NCBI GenBank assembly: GCA_038496445.1
Contig: JALMLS010000173.1
Coordinates: 80,822 to 144,821, forward strand
DNA: 64,000 nucleotides
Source: Trichosphaerium sp. ATCC 40318
Lineage: Eukaryota > Protista > Tubulinea
Direction of reading: 5' to 3'
Below the pieces are notes generated by a model that ran no database searches, was not told the DNA's origin, and was given only the letters and a program-made list of their open reading frames with translations. Of this stretch, positions 12,716-24,576 are shown one piece after another (the stretch's first letter is position 1; each line of letters begins with the position of its first letter). The position numbers and the translations under genes were made by a program.

Positions 12716-15700
12716 ATGTACTACGCTGTGGTGTTATTTATTAGCGCTTTGCTATTTGGCACAAGGTAAAACAAGTTCATTCGCCTTCAATTCTGTATTG
12801 GTGGTGTATTTGACTCTCTGGTAGTTATTCCCAAACTCTATACGTGTCCCCGACCGCCACGACAACAAACGTTGATTGTACCTTATCTTTGCCCTGCACA
12901 TTAGAGGCAGCGTTAATACACCTCCACAACAATACCAATGGCGCAGGAGGCACAAACACAATCATTGAGCTTGCAAGCGGTATTTACACAGGCGATTCGT
13001 ACAGAGGACTCTTTGTAGACGCAAAAGTACGACACCAACCAAGCCTTACCCAAAACGTCTCAATTTGACCAAGTCTCTTGTTTATTAAACAACATACTTG
13101 AAACGACAACAACCAACTCACTACAGACCATTTGTGCACATTTAGCGCCTTATTTCCGTCCTAACCCCGATTTTTTCTAGAATGTGCAAATAACAGGCAC
13201 AGGCTCTTCTAGTACCATCTTTGATCTTGAACACACAAACAGGTATGAACCGTAACAATAAACCCTAATCTAGTGTTTCGTTCTTCTTGGTTTTTTTCCT
13301 TCTAACCCGATATGTTTTTTTTCAGGGCTCTTTCTATTGTTAATAAGGCGAACGTATCTATATCTGGTGTAACATTCAAAAACGGGGAAGCTCAACCTTT
13401 TCGCTCTTTTAGCGCTTATGGTGGCGTATTTCTCACTTTTGATGCATCTCTTACGCTCTCTGATGTCCGTATGTTGAATAACAGCGCTCCAGGATTCTTA
13501 TTTGATGGCCTTGGCGGGTAAGAGTGTTTTTTGTTTTCCAGATTTTTTTTTGTTTTGCTCAAACTTTCAACTAGCGCGGTTTGGGCACAAGACACAATCC
13601 TTAGCCTAGAAAATACTGAAATAATAGATAATACAGCCGGATTAGGCGGTGGATTCTACAGTACTGGAGCGAATGTAGGCGAAATGAGGGTTAGTGATGT
13701 TTTCCGAAACAAAATTTATTCGATTCATTTGATTTTGTGTCCTTTTTTATTACCCTGACTTTTCTTTTGTTTTAGAATGTTACATTTAGACGTAACAGAG
13801 TGAGAAACGGAGGTATGTTTGTAATGTTGTTTGTGAAAAATAATGGGTGAGTTAGGCTGGGCTGGAGGTTTCATACCCGAAGGAACATCTAAATGGGTTA
13901 TTTTTGATTCGTTGTTTGAAGAAAATGTAGCTGAGTTCGGTGGTGCTATCGATGATGGTACGTTTTTTGGATCACGTGAAACAACAAAAAAAAAAGGGTG
14001 TTGTCTTATGCATTCATTTTTAGGTGATTCTGCTGATACAAGAATTGTTAATTCCGTATTCAGAGGAAACATTGGCGTACGACTTATTATAATTTTTTTT
14101 TAATGGATCTTTTGTGGATTGTTTTTACATTTTTTAAATTTACTATTAAAAACATTGCGACGCTGTTAGAAGCCATTATCACAGTTTTTAGTAGCTTTAT
14201 CTTCAAATGTACCAGTATTGTTTTTTTCTTGTTTCGTCAAAATGTTGCTTCGTCTATTTCTCTTTTCTTAGCTTGTTGTAGATTACTGATGGCGGAGCTT
14301 ATTTCGCTTTTTCTGCTACCAAAATGGTATTTGAGAATTGCTTGTTTTACAACAATTCAGCTGTTTCTGGAGGTGGTGCAAGGTTAGCTGTCTATTTTTG
14401 TTGTAATTTCCTTTTCATTATTTTTTTTTGTTTTGTTCAATTATCTTACTACTGCAACATAGAATAACTAGTTCTACTGATGTTTCTTTCTTTAATTGCA
14501 CGTTTGATAGCTGTGTGAGTAATCAGGGCGGTGCTGGTATGTAGATTGTTTTTATTTTTCAATTTCTTTTTTTTCAAATTTGGGCTTTCTCACGCTACCA
14601 CTAGTTACACTCAACTCTGATCAACCTACAATATTAACCAACTGTACCATACGAAACTGCTCAGCAAACCTTTGGGGTGGCGGTGTTGTCTATGGTGGAA
14701 CTGTACGCTACAATTTGAAAAAAATACTGTTTCGCTAGGCTGTTGAAGCCTTCAAATTATTATCTATCTTAACGCTTACAATAGGGTGACGCAATATTCA
14801 CAAATGTAATTTTTGAAGAGAACACATCCCAAGGACCAGCAGGTGAGTTATTTTTAACAAAAAGAGGAAAACAGAGGCAACTAACACGTTTTTTTAGCTG
14901 GACTTTATTTGGGAGGATCCCTTGCATTGTTAAACAATTGTACGTTGAGAAACAACGTTGCAAGACTTGCTGGCGCCGGTGTATATGCTCTTACTGGTAC
15001 TGCATCAGTAACAGGAAGTTTATTTATTGGAAACAATGCGTTCAATGGTGCAGGTACTAACATAAAAGTTCTTCAAAGAAAAAACGTTGCAAGAGCTTAA
15101 CCCTTTCTCTAGGTGCTGCTTGTGAGAGTGGAGCACTGAACATAACGTCTTCTGTATTCAGGCAAAATATTGCTTCAAGGTGCGTGTTGTTTCTTTCTGG
15201 TTAGTGTGCTTGGAACTAACAGAGTTGTTTAGAAACGGAGGTGGTTTTGGTGCTGTCAGTTCTTGTACAGCGTTCTTGGAGTAAGTAATTGAGCAAAAAC
15301 CAATTCACATGACAAGCTTCTAATAATCCCTTTTTTGTTAGATCCATTACCTTTGAAGAAAATACTGCAAGAAGAGGCGGTGGCGCCTATCGTGACTTGT
15401 TTACTTCAGTACAAATGAAAGACATGTTGTTCAAAAACAATACAGCTTATCGTGGCGGTGGCTACTACATTGACACCTTGCTCACGTGTTCTGTACCAGT
15501 CCAAACTGGGGTCGTATTTGAATTCAATAGCGCTACAAGTGGTACGTATAGAGAGTATGATAGTTGGCCTTCTGTACTTACTTTTCTGATTAGGAGGTGG
15601 AAGTCTTTGGGTTGAGTCTCCTGAAGGAGAATGTTATGATAGTTTTGAAAACGCAGTGTTCAGGAACAATTCTGGTCTATATGGTAATAAATATGCATCC

Positions 15701-18286
15701 CCACCATATAGTATCGCTGTTACATCTGTACCTGATGGTGTGGCACCATCAGAACCCTTTCAGATTGTACGTTAAAAGATAAAAAAAATACAGTCTTTTT
15801 TTTTTGTTAACTTTCTTCATAAAGGTAGTAGAAGCAAGAGATTACTACAATAACACTGTTTTTGGATCTTCTGATATATTAATGTCTTTGGACTTGGCCG
15901 AGAATGATCAAAACGCTACTATAACTGGGTTACGATCAGTTGAAGTATCTTCTGGTGGCACAGCAGTCTTCAAGGTACAAAAGTTGTACAGAATTTCTAT
16001 TGCTTATCTGTTTTTTTTAAAGGGCCTTATTCTTGCTGGAAAGCCTGGTTCTACCTTGACTTTAAATGTTGTTTCAGACCCTGCTACGAAATTAACTACA
16101 ACAGATATTACATTAGCACCATGCGATGATTCAACATTATTGTATGAAGACCGTTTTTGTCTCACAGAGCTCAAGGTATGTGAAAAATCAAAAAAAAAGA
16201 AAATCTTCAAGATTTGACGTTCTGACTCTGACTTTTGTAAAAGATTGCTACTGGTTCTCGTATTTTTATTGCATTAGTTGCATTGGCAGCAGTTATCAAT
16301 GTTTTGGTATTGATAGTACTTGTTGTCATCTACAGACATTCGATTGTGATCAAGTATTCTTCTTTTACTTTCTGTCTGCTTGTATTGTTTGGAAGTTTGA
16401 TTTTAATTCTTTCAGTAACTTTATGGCTTCCTGATGTCGCTAGTTGGGTTTGTCCTGCAAGGTATGGATCACATGTTTTCGGGGTTTTTTACGCAGAATT
16501 TTTGTGCTTTTCGCTGTTTTTGAATTTTTCTGAAAGATTTGAGTTTATATGGTTATCTAATATCGGAATAGGGTATGGTCAGCGTTACTTGGTTTCTCAG
16601 TAATGTATGGTGCATTGTTCATGAAAGGTGTGAGGATTTGGAGAATGTTGAAAGTAAGCGAAGATAGTTTTTTTGTTGAGATAGGATAGGATTTTTTCCT
16701 TTGTTTTTCCTTTCTTGTCCATGTGTTGTATGTGGTTGCTGATACATTTATTTTTATAGTCTGGTGATAAACTTAGAGTTGTTACTTTCTCGACATTCCA
16801 ACTTGTACGTCAAGTCTTTTTAAAGCGACGGTAAAGGAAACTCACTAATTTTTTTGCAGGTTCTCGCTCTCGGAGGTGTAATCGTACCAGTTATTATTGT
16901 ATTGCTTATCTGGCAGTTTGTCGGATCCTATTCCGTAAGTATTTCTATGATTTGGTTATTTCTGTTGTTGTAACTTTATTCTGTAGGCAGTGACAACTGT
17001 CGATATTCTGGATCTCACAAGTGCGTATTTCAAACTCACGTGTAAACTATTGCTTTTATTTTCTTACTTTTTTCACTTTAGCCACAACGAGATGTCGTGT
17101 AGGTCAACTAGCATTCCCTTGGTTGCTTGTTTTGTATTGCCTATGTATACTATCATGTTGTGTGTTTATAGCATGGGTATCACATAAATATCCGGCGAAC
17201 CACAATGAGTCACGCTCTGTATTTATTGCGGTACGCAAATTGTTTTACAAAAAAATATTTTTTTGGATTTGTTTAAGAATACCTTTCATACTACACGTGC
17301 ACATTCAAAATATCTCTAAAAATCCACACATACTTAAATAGTACTTGTAAACAATGTTTCATGGTTCATTTTTTTTTTTACTGCCGACGAGGAGCGGGTT
17401 CTCTTTTTTTTTAAAATTATTCTTCATCTGACATTTTCTTCTTTTGTAGATTGCAGGTGTTGCCTTCATAGCAGTTATTATAATACCTTTATTGTCTGTT
17501 AGTGATAATATGAATATAGAATTCTTTAGTCTTACGCTAGCCACAATACTTACAACTATACTATCTGTTAACATCATATTCATACAAAAGTTCATTGAGA
17601 CGTACCGTGAGAAAAATATAGAAAACAGATTAATGAAAAAGATTGATACATTAAAAGATAACCTACTCGTATTGGAGAGACAGTTATACTATATACAAAA
17701 TGAAGATGATGATGGCTTCCAAATACCTAAAGGAAACGCAGCAGGGCCAGCACCAAAGGGTAAAACAGTGGTACTCAAGAAGAAGAATGAAAAAGAAGAA
17801 AAAATCCAGAATTCTTCTTCGGATAAAAAAAAGGAGTGGTTACCAAGATCAAGAAGAGATTCAGCTAAAATAGACTATGTATGGCAAAGAACAAATAGTA
17901 GACGTAGTCATTTCGGTATTCACTCAGATGATGACTTAATTGCTGAGAAGGGAGGTGATGATGAAGAAGAAGAACCTCAAACAGATAATGATGATGATTA
18001 TTTTTATGATAGTAACAAAACCAAAGAAAGTGATTCAACAACAGGAGATGAAGATACAGTTGAGTTAACAACAACAAGAAAAAAACCAGAACGTAAAAAG
18101 TCAAGAAATAGTAAAAAAACAGCTACACCTTCACCTTCACGTCCAAGACGTAAAAAAGGTTCTACTAGTACAAAAAAGAAGCCAAAGAAAGTAGCATCAT
18201 CATCACAACGTAGATCACAATCAACAAGGCAAAAAAGTACTACAGTGAATCAAAAAAAGCTGAGGAAAAAATTATCAATGAAATAA
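12716..18286 (+). CDS. class C (7tm_3, GABA-B/Grl-like) GPCR with Pmp-like GGA/FxxN beta-helix ectodomain and charged C-tail, multi-exon
   Basis: Signal peptide MYYAVVLFISALLFG; repeats such as FEENVAEFGGAI and FKNNTAYRGGG; 7TM region with IKYSSFTFC, YGALFMK..RIWR, HNESR (FNES motif) and IIFIQKF. Confidence 0.82.
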
Positions 18287-18574
18287 GAAAGAAAAAATGC
18301 CTCACTTCTTGGCTTATTGTATGTATGTATTTTACCAAAATGAAAAAAAAAGAAAAAGTTTACAAAGAAAAAAAGTGTTTTCAGATTTTTTGGCCTTTAC
18401 GCGCGTAGATAATACTCGACGCGTAGATATTACGAGTGACTATTTGTATCCGTTTCAGGGCGTTGTGAGCGAAGGACAAAAAACTCTAATTGTGCTTGAG
18501 ATCTATTTTCGCTGAAATGTCGTTTTAATGGAGCTTAACATTGAATTTGTTATTAACCGGCAGTTATCAATACA

Positions 18575-20143
18575 ATGGAGGAGAAGGAAACAGATTTATT
18601 ACCTTTTGAATCGTTTCCGCGTGAAATACTTGTGTTAATCATCTATAACCTCGATGTGGAACATTTGGTAGCTCTTGGCGCTACTTCTAAGTCTTTTAGA
18701 TCATTTACATCTGATAACATTTTGTGGCAATGGTTTTACGCCCAACAGTTCGTATCAGAGCCTAAAGGTACCGATTCAAGCGTTTAAATACAATTTACAA
18801 ACAAACTTCAACAGGTGATAACATCAAGAGCGCTTTTATCTACGACTGGACACATAAGGTACTAATCTAACTGAATCCATTGCAACCTATCAAAACAAAG
18901 CCCTCTAGGAGCTACGAATTTCGTTTTTTTTCAAAAACTACATTCTAGAGGTGTTAACAGCTTTCTTGTAGGTGGTCATGCTCTCAGTTTCCAGGTGATC
19001 TCTTTTAAACGTCTCGCTACTAGAACACGTTAACGTCTTCCCAGTTCGTATGGTAACGAAGTATTAAAACATATACCAAAGTTGGAAATGTCAAAGACCT
19101 CCATAAGAAAAATCACAGCGTCTGACATTGAAGTACGTGTTTACACCGAGAAAGTTAACTTGAACACTACCTAATACAACATGTATTTTTAAGATAAAGT
19201 GTTCTTTCTGTGGAGATGGAGGCGTAGGATGTGTATGTCAAGGTTTTTTTTTTCTGTCACGTGATAAAACACGTGTTTTTGAGTTAACTCAACAAACTCT
19301 TGATAATAGACTGCTATAATTACAAGATACATAACTGGTCGGTTCCTGGATGGATACGATCCAACAATAGGTAAGTGAAGCTTTAGTAACATGACTTGTT
19401 GCATTGTACTTCATGATACTACCTACCACTCACACTGAATTTAGAAGACGAAACGATAATGTACATCAAAAAGGGAAATTGGTATGCTAAATTTAGTGTA
19501 CTAGCTACCACCGGCCAAGAAGAGTGCGTACACATATCAGACTTCCATTTTCGTGTTTTGTCTTTGTGAATTTACTTCTTATCAGGTACATAGAAATGCG
19601 TGATTCATATATGCACAGGCGAGACATATTTGTTCTTGTTTACTCTAGTAGCAGTAGACCAAGCTTTGATGAACTTGTATCGTTTAGAGACCAGATCATT
19701 CGTGTTAATGATATCGAAGTATTCTCAATGATACTAGTACTGCTCTTTTGCTGTGATTTTCGTGATGGTTCTGGACTGTTTGGTCACTTTGTATGTAGGT
19801 TGCGAATAAGTGTGATCTAGTTGATGAAATACAAGTACCCGAGTCTGAAGGTATAGAACGTGCAAAGTCATGGGGAGCACGTTTTATTTCTGTTAGTTGT
19901 AAAACAGGACAAAATATTGAAAAGCTTTTTGAACTTATCGTTGAACTCTATCAACAAATGGTGTTAAAGTTGCAGCCACCTGTAAGGTATTGTCTATTTA
20001 CAACTTTTTTGGTTTGATTTTGCTATAATTTTTTTAAATTATTTCGATTTCACACGTGTTACATTCCTAACCCTAAAAATAGTACTACAAAAAGTAAATC
20101 CAAGATATCCAAATTTTTCTCTAAGATGCTTGGCAAGAAATGA
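18575..20143 (+). CDS. F-box + Ras-family GTPase fusion, multi-exon
   Basis: F-box (FPREILVLIIYNLD...LW) spliced to GDGGVGKT, YDPTIED, ATTGQEEY, NKCD and SCK motifs; ends KISKFFSKMLGKK*. Confidence 0.82.
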
Positions 20144-20510
20144 TGTAACTTGTACAAACTAAGCACTTAATTAATGGCACTCAATATAATTACAAAGAAC
20201 ACCATGATGATTCAGTTGTAAATAGCATAGCACAAGATTATCAAACTTGCACAAAGAATAGGCTGTGTGGTTAAGTCATTTTTCTATGATATGTGCACTT
20301 AGGTGAAAACAATTTAAACTGTAAAGGTTATAGAGCAGAGTGTGCACATATGTGCTTGATAATGAATAAACAAGTCAGGTGCGGCTACTACCGCTACCAA
20401 TATACGTACAGCAACATCTTTGATAAGAGACAAGGGGACGGTGAGTCAGAAGAGTAGAGATTCCACATTAAACAGAAAAGAATATGAAGTTTCTGCTTTT
20501 ATTCAATACA

Positions 20511-23500
20511 TCACAACTGTATGTATCCACATGCGCGTTTTCTTAGTGTGTCTAGATCTATTGACCCATTCTTATATCGTTTCACATTCTTTTCTAACCA
20601 TCTATTGGCTTTCAAAGCGACTAGTGACCATTCATTTGAATTTGATTTATACTTCTTTTTTAAGAACTCTAAAACAATCGCTGTTGCTAATATATCGTCT
20701 ATACTATCTCCTATACTTAAACCAATTACTGGTAGTACTTTTGATCCAATCCAACTTCCGTTAGACTTTTGAAGACGGATTATTTTCTTGAATGTGAAAT
20801 CATCTGTTTTTCTTTCTTCTACCATCTTTTCTGCTTCTTCATCACAACTGTCATCTCTGCTTTCGTCACTGTCGCTACCCAACATATCAATATCATTTGA
20901 ACTATCACATACTGTTAGTTGTGCTGATTCGCTTGTCAACTGTCCGGCAAGGCTTCGTTGCAATCCACCGGCGCTTCTTTTTAGTTTTTTTTGCAACATT
21001 TTTTTGGACTTTTCTCCTTGGGTAGAAGTGGCCATTGCATCCCAAGGATTTTTACTACGCTTTCTCTTTCTGGATGCCGTTCTGGATGGCCCATTTGTAC
21101 GTACAGCGTTGTAGCAGTTTAGTGAGAGTTGATTGCTTAGAGTAGCAGGTACAACTTGGTTTATCTTTTCTCCACTGTGTTCATCAACAAGTACAAAGGA
21201 AGTAAATGATGATAAGACATTGTACCTAAATAAAAAAAATTAAACTTGGAATGGTAATAATTAGACAATCTGCAAAGAAAAGAAAAAAGTGACAACGATT
21301 TTACTTAAACAAGGTTTTTTTGTTGGGTTCTCCTATGGCGTACTTTGATGATAGCTCCTTGATTTTATGCTTTGTTGCTACCAATTTTGGGTTTACATTT
21401 GGCATACAAGCGGCTATGCCGAGTGTCAAGTCACTAAGAGTAATAAGTAATCAACAAATACAGTTTTCCATTTTTTATTCAAAGAAAGTCGTACTTGATA
21501 ATTTCTGAGGTTGCCAACTTTGAAATAACATCTCCTTTGATCTTAATGGCATCTTTAAATTCTATTTTATCCTCTAGATGATTTCCAAACGGTAAAGTAC
21601 CGCTGACAATAAAGTGATTTGGTTCAATAGGTTTTTCATAAAGATAGTACGCCAAAAGTGTATCGCCATTACTAGTATCACATGATAAGCACGTGATCAA
21701 ATACTTCTAATTTAAAATCACCAGTGTTGTAACGTACCTTTTAGCAGATATTTTGTGCGGTGAACACAGTTTCAGGTCGATAACATTATCATCTTTGCCG
21801 CAAGCGTTTATTCTCATATTAGCAATACTTGGATATAAACTTCTATTTAACTGCTTTATAACAGCGCTTTGAAGTCTTTGCCCTTCTCTTACTAATTCAT
21901 AAGAACCTCCTCCTTGTCTAGCCATCTCTACATGACGATTTAGACCACAATCCAATGAAGAAAAAGAAAAAATAACATACGTATGACTTGATCCTTTGCA
22001 ACGCTCTGACCCAAGCCAACACTGAAAAGGCGACATGTTGCATTTGTTTTATCAGAAATCAACTTCAATACAAGAGTCTATAATACACGTATAAGAAACT
22101 AAGGATCATTGTTGATGTAAGTGCGTACCTTTTGGTCTACACCACCATCAGTCAATACCATGAAAATACGGTGCATATCTTTTTTTTCTGGTTTTTGGTT
22201 AAAAGCATAAAACAAAGGTTTATACAGCTTTGTTTGTCCTAAGTCAGGTTTCACTGTATCAACGTGGTTGCTTGCAATTTCCAAGTTCTTGTCATTATAA
22301 GGTACACTCTTCTCAAATAATTTAGTGAACTTTGTGCCGAATCCCAAAACTAAGAAAATAGTTAGAAAATCAAACGAATATTTAACGTAAAAAACTTGAC
22401 ATAACAGGTTCTTTCAAAAAGAAACCATGATTATGTACTACTAAGCATAACCAAATAGAAGCAAATATAAAGATGTTGAAAGCATAAACGAAAAAAAAGC
22501 AAGTGCCTGGTAACATTTTGCGTGCTTTTTTTTTGAAGAGAAAAAAAAATCAATGCACTTTCTCGTAACAGCTGGTTTTGTACTAAAAATTTACTTCTCG
22601 CTTTCTGGTTGACAAAAAATGTAATTACAACGACCACGTACTATTAAAGAATGATCCTTCTGGAAGTGATCTTAGGAATAATTGTAAAGCATCTTTTGCA
22701 GAAGCCATACGTCCTTCACGTCTCATACTTCCACTTCGATCAAGAATAAAAACAAATTCTCTTTGTGGTTCGTTCTCGAATGTAGGTACTTCTAACCTTG
22801 ATAAAATCATGGAAGCACGTATTTTATCATTGTCATCATATTCAACCCATAATTGAGGCTTCCATGAGTTATCCAAACCAATAACAACATCAAAATCTTT
22901 ACCGTCTTTTGACCACTCTCCTCTTAATTTCAATGTCTTATCACCGGTCTTGTCTTGCTTGCAATCATGTGTTGTTACGATACTTTTAATAACACAAGGT
23001 GCTGTTATATTCACATCAACTATCGTAGGCTCTTCTGTATCAAACATACGCAGAGATGAAGGAATACTGAAAAGTAATTTTTCGCCTTCAAAATCCAAAG
23101 CACGTGCGAAAGCGATTGATACTTTGATTGTCGTAGCAGATACGAAATTACCAATTGTCAATTTATATTTCCCTGGTGTTCCTATTGACAAATATATAAG
23201 AACGAGGGTTGGAGAAGAGTAAGAACAAAAAAAACGTTTTTTCTCTTTTTTTTCCTCCTTTTTGGCTTACATACCTGTTTTCTCGAACAAAACAGCTCCG
23301 TGACCTTCCGCCATGGCATCGTCGTATGTCTCGGATGCTTCTTGCGCTTCTTTAATAACGGCAGTGATAGTTTTACCATCTCGCGTTATTGACAGTCCAG
23401 TAATTGTATAAGTCATAAAATCGAGTTCATATACTAATTCTACTGCGTTTGAGCTAACATTAGTGATTTCGTGATGTTCAGTAATTTCTGCATGCGTTCC

Positions 23501-23742
23501 GAATAGCTCGACGCTATTAAAAAGGTGTAAGTGATATTTAACTCATTTGGAAGTTATTTCACGTACTTGAACTGACATTTGGATACTTTAAGCTGTTCAG
23601 TTGTAAAACCATGCTGTAGCAGGTTTGGTGTGGCTAAAAATGGGTTTCGCACGGTTGCTGGCGGGTTATATGGCCTCCAACCCATGCCAAAAGCTACACG
23701 ACGTCTTGTCATCCGTACAGGATTTAGTACAGCAGCAGCCAT
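20511..23742 (-). CDS. VIT + von Willebrand A domain protein (VWA5A-like), multi-exon
   Basis: VIT region, MIDAS motif FILDRSGSM, VLTDG, SKYNVLSSFTSFVLVDE and the C-terminal LQKSNGSW...ATAIVLEFL...EWSLVALKA..W of VWA5A-like proteins. Confidence 0.88.
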
Positions 23743-24576
23743 TAGGGTATTGTGTTTTCCTTATGTGTTGTGTTACGCAACTTGATAAATGATCCGGTTG
23801 AGGTGTTCAATGAAACAAAACTGAACCAACTTCCTTGCTTTTTCTTTTCTTTTTTGATGTTTGTTCCCTTTAAAAATAATGACCTTCTTGGCTTTTGTGC
23901 TGATACAGCTTTCTAAAAGAACGTAGTCTCTTCCATAATTTTGATCACATCACGCCGTCATTTCTTGCGCGCAACACACATGTGGGTTGAACGGATTCAT
24001 TAACTGGGCACTGTAGTTCATTGCTCACATTACACTAAGCCTACTGTATTCATTGTTACTGCGCATGCCGTAGAACAATCTTATTGTAAACAAAGCTACC
24101 TAAAGCACGTGTTAAGCCTCCGATATAAACAAAGTGAGCAACCTTTAACTCAGAGAGGCACATGACAACCAACACTAAACAAACTGATTCAGGTTTTTTT
24201 GTGGAGACATAATATTTTCCACCAGAATAACACTAAAATCCACTCGAGTGGATTTTGGTACCTAGCACATATTAACCTGTGCTGCCACACCCACCAATGG
24301 ATGACATTTTGTGAGCGAAGGTCGGGTTCTTGTCCCGAGCGAAAGCGAACAGTGCTCTATATTAGCTTGCATTCGCTGTCCCATACTCGAATAGTGTAAA
24401 ACCAAAACTGGGAATACAAATAATCCATTTGAGTGCCTGAAGCTCGGTTTTTGTTTAAGACACGGTTTAAGGCCGCTTACTTTCGCGTGATATCCAAGTT
24501 CTCCTCGGTTTCCATTATTTCAATTTAAACTTGGTTTGTTGCTTATGGTTTTTGTTTATTTTTTTTCTCGTACTTG

